DNA of 42,534 bases from a virus. Made by a program: the position numbers and the translations under genes. Below are positions 31,831-39,525 of this stretch, one piece after another. Below the pieces are notes generated by a model. It was not told the DNA's origin, ran no database searches, and was given only the letters and a program-made list of their open reading frames with translations. Location: the IMG/VR virus record IMGVR_UViG_3300045988_044701; one strand, given 5' to 3'. Within the stretch, counting starts at the first letter, position 1. Each line of letters opens with the position of its first letter.

Positions 31831-32515
31831 GAGTTAAACCTCCGTCTTCCTCGGCATCGCCGGAACCGACCTCATAGTCGATGTTTGCGCCCATCAAGAC
31901 TTCGGGACACTCAGCGCGTGCAAAATAAGCTGCAGCGCGGTATTTCAGCATCATTTCGGTCATACGGGGCCAGTAACTGCCTTTCTTGTCCCACCAACCA
32001 TTATCTTTGGCCATCTTTACGGTGACCTTTGGGCCTTCGACCTTTTCGCCAGTGAGCTTGTCCACGCCAATCAGCCGGCAGCCCCAAGAGGAAGTGTTTT
32101 CTTCCCCCTCCATGCGGTAGCGAGTGCGGCCTGCGAACTGGCCGCTATTGTCGATCAGAGCTTTGCAGCTTTTTCCGCTCCATGTGGGCTGACCGTAGAC
32201 GATATACAGGTTCTGCATGACAAAGAGCTCTGAAACCCCCATGCGCTGTGCCATGTCGCAGGCGATTGCGCAAGAACCGGGGTTCCCAGCGTAGGTGGCA
32301 GGCAAGAAGCCCTCCGGCAACTGTGCCAATGCGGAAGCTTTCGATTTCGAGAGCATCCACTTTCTCTCCTCCACGGTGAGCCCCTGTACCTTTTCCGCGT
32401 AAGTTTGGTTCTGAGGCTTCTGCGTAAGAACCGGGGCTGCAGGAGCGGGCGCGGTGGTGGAGAGCTGCTTCGCCATCTGAAGTTGCTCAACGGGTGCTTT
32501 GACTGTTTCAGCCAT
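31823..32515 (-). CDS. recT: RecT-family single-strand annealing recombinase
   Basis: 230 aa. The pattern ...QNLYIVYGQPTWSGK...WPRMTEMMLKYRAAAYFAR fits RecT as I recall it. Confidence 0.7.
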   Translation of the reverse strand: MAETVKAPVEQLQMAKQLSTTAPAPAAPVLTQKPQNQTYAEKVQGLTVEERKWMLSKSKASALAQLPEGFLPATYAGNPGSCAIACDMAQRMGVSELFVMQNLYIVYGQPTWSGKSCKALIDNSGQFAGRTRYRMEGEENTSSWGCRLIGVDKLTGEKVEGPKVTVKMAKDNGWWDKKGSYWPRMTEMMLKYRAAAYFARAECPEVLMGANIDYEVGSGDAEEDGGLTHA

Positions 32516-33122
32516 GATGAATTTCCTCCTCTGTAAACTTTACATCGATGATGTTTGCGTATCGCATGATGGATTCCAGCTCGGATTTTGTGCACCGAAA
32601 AACAAGCTTTCGCTCTCTCGGTTCTTCCTTACGAACGAAATTTGTAAAAAAATCATCATCGTACTCATCCGGCTGGTAATCTGCACCATACGCAATGGAA
32701 GGCTTTACAAGCCTTACCTGAAACGGATTTTGCTGAGGTCCTTTGTAGTTGTCCGGCATCCCTTTAATAACCGCTTCCCTGAGCAAGGTGCGATATTCGT
32801 TCATGTAACAAAAATCTATGGACTCGTACGGCTCCGGCATGATTTGCTCGCCTGCCGCCGCGTGGATAATATCAATCAGACACATAAGCTTCCCAACTCG
32901 GCGGTAAATCCCATTGATGACGCTCCGCGTCTCCTGGTCCCCCAATTTTTCATACCGGGCAAAATTGGTGAACAGCGCCACGGCGTGATTGATATCGCTT
33001 GTCAACTCGTTCCCCGTGCTGATAAGTCGGAACAGAACATTATCTTTTCCTACAAAGTGGAAGATTCCCTCCGCCTTGTTGGAAAGGTCCTTGATCTGCG
33101 CTCTTTTTGCCAACTGGTTCAT
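32508..33122 (-). CDS. Hypothetical protein (204 aa), lower GC than its neighbours
   Basis: ORF with an RBS (aaaggagg) and an 8-nt overlap with recT. No motif recognised. Confidence 0.55.
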   Translation of the reverse strand: MNQLAKRAQIKDLSNKAEGIFHFVGKDNVLFRLISTGNELTSDINHAVALFTNFARYEKLGDQETRSVINGIYRRVGKLMCLIDIIHAAAGEQIMPEPYESIDFCYMNEYRTLLREAVIKGMPDNYKGPQQNPFQVRLVKPSIAYGADYQPDEYDDDFFTNFVRKEEPRERKLVFRCTKSELESIMRYANIIDVKFTEEEIHHG

Positions 33123-33566
33123 GTGTTTAACCTCCTTTCGTAAAAAATCACTTTGCTTTGCCGTTGCAGCTCCTGGACTCGCTATTCCTTCGCATTTCTT
33201 CGCTTCGCCATTCCATTGCCAGACTAATCAACGCATCGTCTTTGCTTTTCACTGCAATGCTATGCCGCTGCCAAGCCTCTCCATGCCTTTCCTTTGCCTT
33301 GCCTGTCCGTGCTTCTCAGTGCCGTTGCGTTGCGGTGGGTTGCGACACGCTGCCACTGCACAGCAGTTCACCTCATAGCCACTCCTTTGCCTCTCCTCGC
33401 ATTGCCTCGCATCGCCATGCCTCAGCGTAGCAACGCCTTGCGCTGCCGTAGCACTGGATTTCACTGCCAACCATAGCCTTTGCTGTACACTGCTCCGGCG
33501 GTGCGGTGCCATACGAACCATGCCGTTTCTCCGCGAATCAGGGCCATCAATGCCATGCCGCTGCGG
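33123..33566 (-). other. 444-nt non-coding tract, strand-asymmetric and GGCA-rich on the minus strand
   Basis: I counted 18 TGCC on the plus strand between 33159 and 33559. The plus strand is pyrimidine-rich. Only implausible ORFs are present and there is no 3-nt periodicity. Confidence 0.6.
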
Positions 33567-34190
33567 TCAGCTCAGGATTTGGTAAGTGAAGCGGCCCTTG
33601 CCGCTGTTACGCCACTGGCCGATGCCGCGAAGTTTGCCGTAGTCCAGCCACTCCAGAACGGCTGCCATGTGGTTGTCATCCATGCAGGTCACCTCGATGA
33701 TGCACTCGGAACCTGCGGGGATCTCCTCGGAGTTCACGAGACTCACGCGCTCGCCCTGCGCCGTTTGGGCGCGGAGCGGACGCTGGCAATCGCCGATCTC
33801 GCCGTTCACGTCAATGGGGATCATCCGGGGGGCAACAAAGATCAGGCCGTCGATGACTTTCTTGTAGGCGGTCAGCTTGCCGGATTCGTTCACGGCCCGC
33901 TTCTTTCCCGTCTCGGTCTTGCCGCCGATACGGCCCAGCATCGAGCAGGCGTCCTTAAAGAAGCCTTTGATCTGGTAATCCCAGAAAGCGGGCCGCCCGT
34001 TCTCGTCCCGGGGGAAGACGGTCATGGCCTTATCGGCGGCAGCATCTGCGCCAAGGGCCGCAACTTCGTCCTCAATGGTGGAAGCATCCGGGCTCTTGCT
34101 GGCGATGAACTCCCGGGCCACGTTGGGATTGGCGGGCCAGGTGCCCAGAACGGGCTCAATGAATGTGATTTTGACTTTGATGGTTTTCAT
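33567..34190 (-). CDS. Hypothetical protein with a RAMP / Cas7-like motif pattern (tentative)
   Basis: 207 aa. The motifs KVKITFIEPVLGT, GRPAFWDYQIKGFFKDA, GERVSLVNSEEIPAGSECIIEV and the C-terminal glycine loop GIGQWRNSGKGRF occur in the same order as the Csm3/Cmr4 motifs I recall. Confidence 0.3.
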   Translation of the reverse strand: MKTIKVKITFIEPVLGTWPANPNVAREFIASKSPDASTIEDEVAALGADAAADKAMTVFPRDENGRPAFWDYQIKGFFKDACSMLGRIGGKTETGKKRAVNESGKLTAYKKVIDGLIFVAPRMIPIDVNGEIGDCQRPLRAQTAQGERVSLVNSEEIPAGSECIIEVTCMDDNHMAAVLEWLDYGKLRGIGQWRNSGKGRFTYQILS

Positions 34191-34204
34191 GCTTTTATCT
34201 CCTT

Positions 34205-34426
34205 TTATCGTTGTTGTTTTGCAAGCTTGCCGTGTGGATCGCGGACGGTGTAAGTTAAATTGCCTACAGCGTCCCGAACATCGGCGTAATCGCAGGTGTG
34301 GGCGATCTGGTCCGCGTAGTGGATGGCCTGCGCCGATGCGGTCACGGCGTTGCCCTCGAAGCGCTTGGCCTCGTCCCCGCCGCTTTTGTGGTAGGCGTAA
34401 ACATGGTAGTGGGTCACGCTCTCCAT
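34205..34426 (-). CDS. Hypothetical protein (73 aa)
   Basis: ATG at 34426 follows ggagga. Confidence 0.5.
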   Translation of the reverse strand: MESVTHYHVYAYHKSGGDEAKRFEGNAVTASAQAIHYADQIAHTCDYADVRDAVGNLTYTVRDPHGKLAKQQR

Positions 34427-34674
34427 CGTTCGTCCTCCGTCCTCTGGGGCCGCGCGTGGGGCTTGTGTACTTTCCTGCTGGCGGCTCTGATCTCCCGCTC
34501 TCGCGTCAATCCAAGCGCCCACAGGCAAAGTCCAGCACCAAGCAGAATCACGCTCAATGCAATGTAACCAAGCTGTGAAACCAGCCCTGCAGCGTTCTCA
34601 ATTCCGCCTCCGGCCATAACGGCCAGCACAAACGCTGCGACGCCAGTCGTATAAAATGCATAAACTCGAATCAT
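34414..34674 (-). CDS. Small two-TM membrane protein (86 aa)
   Basis: Its ATGA overlaps the upstream stop. Hydrophobic segments are AFYTTGVAAFVLAVMAGG and LGYIALSVILLGAGLCLWALG. Confidence 0.5.
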   Translation of the reverse strand: MIRVYAFYTTGVAAFVLAVMAGGGIENAAGLVSQLGYIALSVILLGAGLCLWALGLTREREIRAASRKVHKPHARPQRTEDERWRA

Positions 34675-34916
34675 GGGATTATCACCTCTTCCAGCATGTA
34701 AAAATCCTTTATCCACGCAATAAACCGGGCGCGGGAAATGATTGGATTTGCTCTCTTTGTTCCAACGGATGGAATCGCCCACGAATACATTCCCGACTGA
34801 ATTTCTTTCGTGAGTGTGCGCTCAGTCTTTGGAATCTGATTTGCCCTCAGAATCTCGCAGCAGTCGTGGATTCCGATTCCGGGCGTCTGGGGCCTTTGCC
34901 TCTGCATCTGCTCCAT
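34671..34916 (-). CDS. Excisionase-like / HTH DNA-binding protein (tentative)
   Basis: 81 aa with an RBS (aaaggag). IHDCCEILRANQIPKTERTLTKEIQSG...ISRARFIAWIKDF resembles the Xis/AlpA-type pattern. Confidence 0.35.
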   Translation of the reverse strand: MEQMQRQRPQTPGIGIHDCCEILRANQIPKTERTLTKEIQSGMYSWAIPSVGTKRANPIISRARFIAWIKDFYMLEEVIIP

Positions 34917-35008
34917 GCGGATTCTCCTTTCTTTTTTGTTTTGCCTGAATGTGTTTCAGGCGCTCTGGCTGGCGCTTGTCCCATCGCTGCTCAAGCCAGC
35001 GCTTATTT

Positions 35009-35233
35009 TTACCGTTCACGGCTGATATCTCCGCCGCATTCCACTTTAAAAATGCGGATGCCATCAGACAGCGGATAGTAGTGCAGCACATCCAAAGGGT
35101 TCTCGCAGGCGTGCATACCAGCGTGGCAGCAGTCGGCCTTGTCCTCATGGTAGGTCTTGCCCACCTCGTACTGCTTGCCACGGCACTGCATATTTTTGTC
35201 CATGGCCTTGTAGGTGATGATCTTCTCACTCAT
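35009..35233 (-). CDS. DUF7666-like N-terminal domain only (possibly truncated)
   Basis: YKAMDKNMQCRGKQYEVGKTYHEDKADCCHAGMHACENPLDVLHYYP matches the pattern I recall. The ORF stops after 74 aa. Confidence 0.45.
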   Translation of the reverse strand: MSEKIITYKAMDKNMQCRGKQYEVGKTYHEDKADCCHAGMHACENPLDVLHYYPLSDGIRIFKVECGGDISRER

Positions 35234-35235
35234 GC

Positions 35236-35538
35236 TTATATCTCTCCTTGTTGCAACATAAGTACATATTTACCATAGCTGACGCCCAGCTTCTTTGCCT
35301 CGGCGTCTATCTCTGCGACGCTCGGGCCCGTGTACTTCGGGCGGGAGGGTTTAGCTGCCGGAACCATATTGTAGTTTTGGATGTAGGTATGCTTGTACTC
35401 ACGCTTTTCTTCTGGCGACTTATACTTTGATGGGTTCGCCCGCCGGGCGCAGGTGGGGCAATAGGTGCGGTGGCGCGGGTATGCCACCAGCGATACGCCG
35501 CAAAGCACGCAATTGGTGTGTTTCTTCTGTGCAGGCAT
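35236..35538 (-). CDS. Zinc-ribbon protein with a C-terminal HTH-like tail
   Basis: 100 aa from the ATG at 35538: CVLCG...CPTC, then EIDAEAKKLGVSYGKYVLMLQQG. Confidence 0.5.
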   Translation of the reverse strand: MPAQKKHTNCVLCGVSLVAYPRHRTYCPTCARRANPSKYKSPEEKREYKHTYIQNYNMVPAAKPSRPKYTGPSVAEIDAEAKKLGVSYGKYVLMLQQGEI

Positions 35539-35548
35539 GGTCAGCGCC

Positions 35549-35731
35549 TCACTTCTTAGAGCTGCCAAAGCTGCCGATGAGCAAGAGCGCGATCCACGCC
35601 GCCGCTCCGGTAGCCCAGGTGAACGTCCAGTGCATCAATGCGCAGATGGCCCACACGGCGGCGCAGGTAACACCCCACGAGATACCCAGCAGCACAGCAA
35701 GGATTGCAACGATCATCAATGCCTTAGCCAC
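35549..35731 (-). CDS. Small membrane protein (60 aa)
   Basis: GTG at 35731 follows aaggagg. There are two hydrophobic segments. Confidence 0.45.
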   Translation of the reverse strand: MAKALMIVAILAVLLGISWGVTCAAVWAICALMHWTFTWATGAAAWIALLLIGSFGSSKK

Positions 35732-36011
35732 GGTGCGCCACCTCCTTGCCAACAAGTTTTCTGGAGGTGGCGGTGTTCAGCTTGTGCCAGGTTTCCGGAT
35801 TCTTTGGCTCCGGCCGTTCCGGGGGCTTCACATCATCTGCACAATAGAGCGCCTGCTGCAGGTCTTCCACGATGATGCCAAAATCATCGGCCATAGCCTG
35901 CCACATATCGCTCTGGAACTTGTAATAGGCGTTCTGTGCGTGGAACTGATGGCGCTGCTGGAGCTTCTGGTACTGGGTGATCAGCGCCCTGATATGGTCT
36001 TTAAGCGTCAT
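35724..36011 (-). CDS. Hypothetical protein (95 aa)
   Basis: ORF in the early operon. Confidence 0.5.
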   Translation of the reverse strand: MTLKDHIRALITQYQKLQQRHQFHAQNAYYKFQSDMWQAMADDFGIIVEDLQQALYCADDVKPPERPEPKNPETWHKLNTATSRKLVGKEVAHRG

Positions 36012-36216
36012 GGCCGTTCACCTCGTCCTCTTCCAGCAGCTTTTTCAAATCGTCCAAGAACTGGCCGCACATCTTCGCTTTTATAGCTTCCTCCGACTGG
36101 CCATACGGGCCGCAAAACGGCCCGGTCTTGAAAAACGACTTTGAACGGAAGTCCTCTTCCAAGAACTGATACTTGCCAATCAGCTGGCAAACCTTATCGC
36201 GCATCGTGGTTTTCAT
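36001..36216 (-). CDS. Hypothetical protein (71 aa)
   Basis: ATG at 36216 follows aaggagg. Confidence 0.5.
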   Translation of the reverse strand: MKTTMRDKVCQLIGKYQFLEEDFRSKSFFKTGPFCGPYGQSEEAIKAKMCGQFLDDLKKLLEEDEVNGHDA

Positions 36217-36232
36217 AAAGATCCTCCTTGCA

Positions 36233-36475
36233 TCAATGACGCATAACAATGTTGGACGAATGAACCAGATAGGTCACACCGTCAATCACAACCTGAAGCT
36301 GGTCACCTTCATAGTCGGACCAGCTTTCGACATTGCCCTCGACAATCGTTCCGTCGGGCATTTTCAGCTGTGCCCAGTTGTATTCATAAGTCAAATCGAT
36401 GATCTGCTTATTGCATCCGGCCATCAGCAAAGCGCTTGCCAATACGGACGCTACGCAAACAATAGCTTTTTTCAT
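36233..36475 (-). CDS. Small lipoprotein (80 aa)
   Basis: A signal peptide with a lipobox: MKKAIVCVASVLASALLMAG-C. ATG at 36475 follows aaaggag. Confidence 0.65.
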   Translation of the reverse strand: MKKAIVCVASVLASALLMAGCNKQIIDLTYEYNWAQLKMPDGTIVEGNVESWSDYEGDQLQVVIDGVTYLVHSSNIVMRH

Positions 36476-36515
36476 GCTTGCTTCTCCTTTACCGTTCATG
36501 CAGTTCAGCGTCATG

Positions 36516-37304
36516 TTACGCACCCCTTTCAAACGTGGTCTGTTCCATATTCTCTTTGTGGTCGATGCTGGGCGTCAGGCCAATGGCCTTGAGCTGCTCA
36601 TAAATGAACCGCTGGCCCGCTTCCGTCCAAACGGTGGTGTTTGGCGTTGTGATCTTGCCACTGTTGTGCTCAAACGGACGGCCTTTGCGGTTTTTGGTGT
36701 AACCTTTGCTGCTATACTTTGCGTATAACACCCACTGCCCGTCGCTGTTCTTCCACTGGATTTTCAGCCCGTGCAGGATGCTGTTCAGCTTCTCGCCGCT
36801 CATGCCGTAATCCTTTGCAATGCTGGTAGCGGTCCGGCAGTTATCGCCAATGCACACGGCCCTGGCATACTCTGCATCTGGCTTCAGATCGCTGTTCTCT
36901 GCCAAAAGCTGTTTGTTTACGGCCTTGAGCTGGTCGTTCTGCCTCTGGGCGATAAGCACCGCACGGCGCATGACCGCTTCCGGGCTGTTCCACTGCGCCT
37001 CCACGGCCAAGAAATACTGCCGGGCCTGCTTGCCACGCTCGTTGCGCTGGATCATGCACAGCTCTTTGGCCATTGGAATGGTGAGTTGGTGGTCGGTGCG
37101 GGGCTTTCCTGCAAGGCCGTCAGACCTATTTTCCAAAATTGGAACATAGTCCTCGCCCTCGGTGAAGCCATACTCACACATCCGCTTGAACCAAGTGGTA
37201 TAGTTGCTATCAACCTGCAAAAACTCGTGCAGTTCCCGGCCACTCACCGTGGGGCGTTCCGGGTTGTCGTAGCTGACAGGAATCAGCGATTTTAAATCAT
37301 CCAT
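36516..37304 (-). CDS. ant: Antirepressor (AntA/AntB N-terminal domain plus KilAC-like C-terminus)
   Basis: GRELHEFLQVDSNYTTWFKRMCEYGFTEGEDY is AntA-like. TATSIAKDYGMSGEKLNSILHGLKIQ is KilAC-like. Confidence 0.75.
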   Translation of the reverse strand: MDDLKSLIPVSYDNPERPTVSGRELHEFLQVDSNYTTWFKRMCEYGFTEGEDYVPILENRSDGLAGKPRTDHQLTIPMAKELCMIQRNERGKQARQYFLAVEAQWNSPEAVMRRAVLIAQRQNDQLKAVNKQLLAENSDLKPDAEYARAVCIGDNCRTATSIAKDYGMSGEKLNSILHGLKIQWKNSDGQWVLYAKYSSKGYTKNRKGRPFEHNSGKITTPNTTVWTEAGQRFIYEQLKAIGLTPSIDHKENMEQTTFERGA

Positions 37305-37318
37305 GCTTTCACCTCCCA

Positions 37319-37561
37319 TCACGCCACCCCGTCCCGATGGGGCTGGTGGCTGTTCTTTCCGTCTGCCTCATCGTAGACAACAAGCTCGTTCAGTGTGACC
37401 TTGAAATACTTTGCGAGCTTGAGCAGCTGCGAAAGGCTGGGCCCGTAAATCGAGCGCTCCCACTTTCCGATTGCGCCGTTGCTCAGGCCTGCCGCCGCCT
37501 CCAGATCGGTGCGGCTCAGTCCGTGCAACTTGCAAAACTGGTCAATTTTTGATACATTCAC
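37319..37561 (-). CDS. cro: Cro-like XRE-family HTH regulator
   Basis: 80 aa from the GTG at 37561 (RBS aaaggag): LSRTDLEAAAGLSNGAIGKWERS. It is the first gene of the early operon and is divergent from the repressor. Confidence 0.7.
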   Translation of the reverse strand: MNVSKIDQFCKLHGLSRTDLEAAAGLSNGAIGKWERSIYGPSLSQLLKLAKYFKVTLNELVVYDEADGKNSHQPHRDGVA

Positions 37562-37582
37562 TAGCAATTCTCCTTTCCGGGC

Positions 37583-37778
37583 TTGAAAATCACTAGAAAA
37601 TATGCTACTATGTATTTGCAAGGTACAAAGTGAATAAAATCTAGCGTCTGCCCGATATAATATTGTCAGGGGCTTTGGTTTTGTTTGCCCTGTGCTTAGT
37701 ATTATACTAGCCAAGTGGCTATTTTGCAATAGCCAATCTGCAATTTAGTGAACATTTGGCTATTTTCACAGAATAGCG
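37583..37778. promoter_or_regulatory. Lysogeny-switch control region with divergent promoters and TAGCCA/TGGCTA operators
   Basis: Inverted repeats lie at 37708-37721, 37716-37735 and 37757-37777. The minus-strand promoter is TTGCAA (37729-37724), a 17-nt spacer and TATAAT (37706-37701). A plus-strand TTGAAA-17-TACTAT lies at 37583-37611. Confidence 0.6.
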
Positions 37779-37789
37779 AGGTCTTTTCT

Positions 37790-38113
37790 ATGCGAAATGT
37801 GGAGAGAGCTAAAAAAATCGCTACTGAAAAAGGGATCAACGTTTCTTTTGTATGCCGAGAGATTGGAAAGAGCCGCGGCTATATTTCGCAAATGATAGTA
37901 AGCGGACGTGACTTCCCGGATGAAATGCTAGTGCCAGTAGCCAATGCGCTAGGCGTCACGGTTGAGGAGTTGACCGGCGAGGAGCAAAAAGAAAAGCCCA
38001 GCACCCAGGAGACGGTAAGCTTGAGCGGCCTGTCTCCTGAAGATGCTGAGCTTGTACAAAAGATTCTGAACGCTTCGGAAGCGAAAAAGAATGCGATCCG
38101 GGAGCTGCTCTGA
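37790..38113 (+). CDS. CI-like repressor (XRE HTH, no peptidase domain)
   Basis: 107 aa from the ATG at 37790: INVSFVCREIGKSRGYISQMIVSGRD. It is divergent from cro. Confidence 0.65.
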   Translation: MRNVERAKKIATEKGINVSFVCREIGKSRGYISQMIVSGRDFPDEMLVPVANALGVTVEELTGEEQKEKPSTQETVSLSGLSPEDAELVQKILNASEAKKNAIRELL

Positions 38114-38114
38114 A

Positions 38115-38219
38115 TCAGCTGTTTAGAATATCGAGGACTTTCTGACGAAATGCAGGGTCGCTCTTAAGCTTTTCGATGATTTTTCTGATTTCGTCCGGGC
38201 TGAAAGAGTTGTCCTGCAT
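38115..38219 (-). CDS. Micro-ORF (34 aa) with a strong RBS
   Basis: aaggagg, 8 nt, then ATG. It encodes MQDNSFSPDEIRKIIEKLKSDPAFRQKVLDILNS. It is below the ORF-track cut-off. Confidence 0.35.
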   Translation of the reverse strand: MQDNSFSPDEIRKIIEKLKSDPAFRQKVLDILNS

Positions 38220-38269
38220 TTTGTTTTATCCTCCTTATATAATATTATGAATGTGTGAGGTGTTGCGGT

Positions 38270-39523
38270 ATGGGGCTTCTATCTCTTGTCTTTGGGAAAA
38301 AGCCTACATCTGAAACAAAACCAGAAAGCAAACCTGATGCAGTAGCGGATAGTCCCAAAGCGGAAGAGAACGAGTTTTCAAAGCCCTTTGTGGATGAGCC
38401 ACCAATTCCCGATGGAGATAAAAAGTTTTACGAAAAGCCAGAGTATTACACTGACTTTGTTCCGTCTTTTTCGCTCAAAGCCAAAAACGGGATGCTGCGC
38501 GTGCAGTCTTTTGCGGAGCGAAAGAAAACATCTTATCCATCCCCCAGAGGGCTGTATGTGGGTGAAATTGCACTAATACACTATTGCTCCTTTGGCGATT
38601 ATCCAAACCCAAAGCGGGGGTACCCAGGCTTCTGGTGGTTTGAATACGGTATGAAAAACGTCAATTTTTATCTGGAATCCCTTGAAGAAAGAGGGTTTAT
38701 CCAGATGCAGGAAAACGGGAAATACGCGCCAACGGCATTTGGAAAGCAAGAAGTAGCTGACAACTTTTATGTGGTTTATATGATGAACGCTCCTGGGCTG
38801 ACGGTTGATAACCTTGAAGCGTCTGATGATTTTTCAGTTTGGGGCATCAATCGGAGACTTGCAGGTGGCGATCCGCGTAACTGGGAAGATGTTGTTTACC
38901 AGATATGGCGCGAGATTGACGAATACAAGGCTTGCAAAAAAGCCGAGGAAGATGCAAAACTCAAAGCCGCCGGAATTGATGTGGATAAATACAGGAAAAA
39001 GTTTGAATCTTCTTCGCTAAACTGGAATGAGCTTGGTTTTCGTGATAGTTTGGGCCGTACCGCTGCAGCTCTAAGCATAGATACGTCTTATGCAAATAAA
39101 CTTCCTGCCGGATATTTGCAGGCTGTAATGCGGCGCGTTCTGGACAATTTTTTGTCTATTGAGCGATTGAAAGATGTAGCTGGTTTTTTTGATAAAATTG
39201 ATCTTATCAAAAAAGATTTGAAACAGCTGTCTGCCGCAGAGATGCACGGCGCAAAATTCAATTACAGCCCATCATTGCTTTTATGGAGTGTCGAAACGCA
39301 CACCAAAGAACTGTTTTCGGTTGTAATTGAAAATTCTTCCAGCGCTCAAATGGACAAAATCTGCTCCTTAAAAACGGATCGTGGTCGAGTGAACTCTAAC
39401 CAGCGTTGGAAAGATTCTATTGACTTGCTTACACAAAATTATAATGATGATCTAAAATCAATCACTCAAAGCGAGTTTGAAAAACTTGAAAAAGCGAGAG
39501 AAGAAATGAAAAGCGAGGTGTAA
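38270..39523 (+). CDS. Hypothetical protein (417 aa), first gene of the immunity-region cassette
   Basis: ATG at 38270. GC is lower than in the flanks. No catalytic motif recognised. A winged-helix-like segment is present (NFYLESLEERGFIQMQENGKY). Confidence 0.6.
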   Translation: MGLLSLVFGKKPTSETKPESKPDAVADSPKAEENEFSKPFVDEPPIPDGDKKFYEKPEYYTDFVPSFSLKAKNGMLRVQSFAERKKTSYPSPRGLYVGEIALIHYCSFGDYPNPKRGYPGFWWFEYGMKNVNFYLESLEERGFIQMQENGKYAPTAFGKQEVADNFYVVYMMNAPGLTVDNLEASDDFSVWGINRRLAGGDPRNWEDVVYQIWREIDEYKACKKAEEDAKLKAAGIDVDKYRKKFESSSLNWNELGFRDSLGRTAAALSIDTSYANKLPAGYLQAVMRRVLDNFLSIERLKDVAGFFDKIDLIKKDLKQLSAAEMHGAKFNYSPSLLLWSVETHTKELFSVVIENSSSAQMDKICSLKTDRGRVNSNQRWKDSIDLLTQNYNDDLKSITQSEFEKLEKAREEMKSEV

Positions 39524-39525
39524 TC

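Noticed and set aside
33158-33521. 90-aa ORFs on both strands within the GGCA-rich tract.
   Set aside because: The plus-strand ORF starts at a TTG. Their composition is Ser/Leu/Cys/Arg/His-rich and simply reflects the nucleotide bias. The TGCC spacing shows no 3-nt periodicity and no RBS is present.
34822-35229. A 135-aa ORF overlapping the DUF7666-like gene and the start of the Xis-like gene.
   Set aside because: It lies in an alternative frame of two better-supported ORFs, is Arg/Thr/Ala/Pro-biased, and has no RBS.
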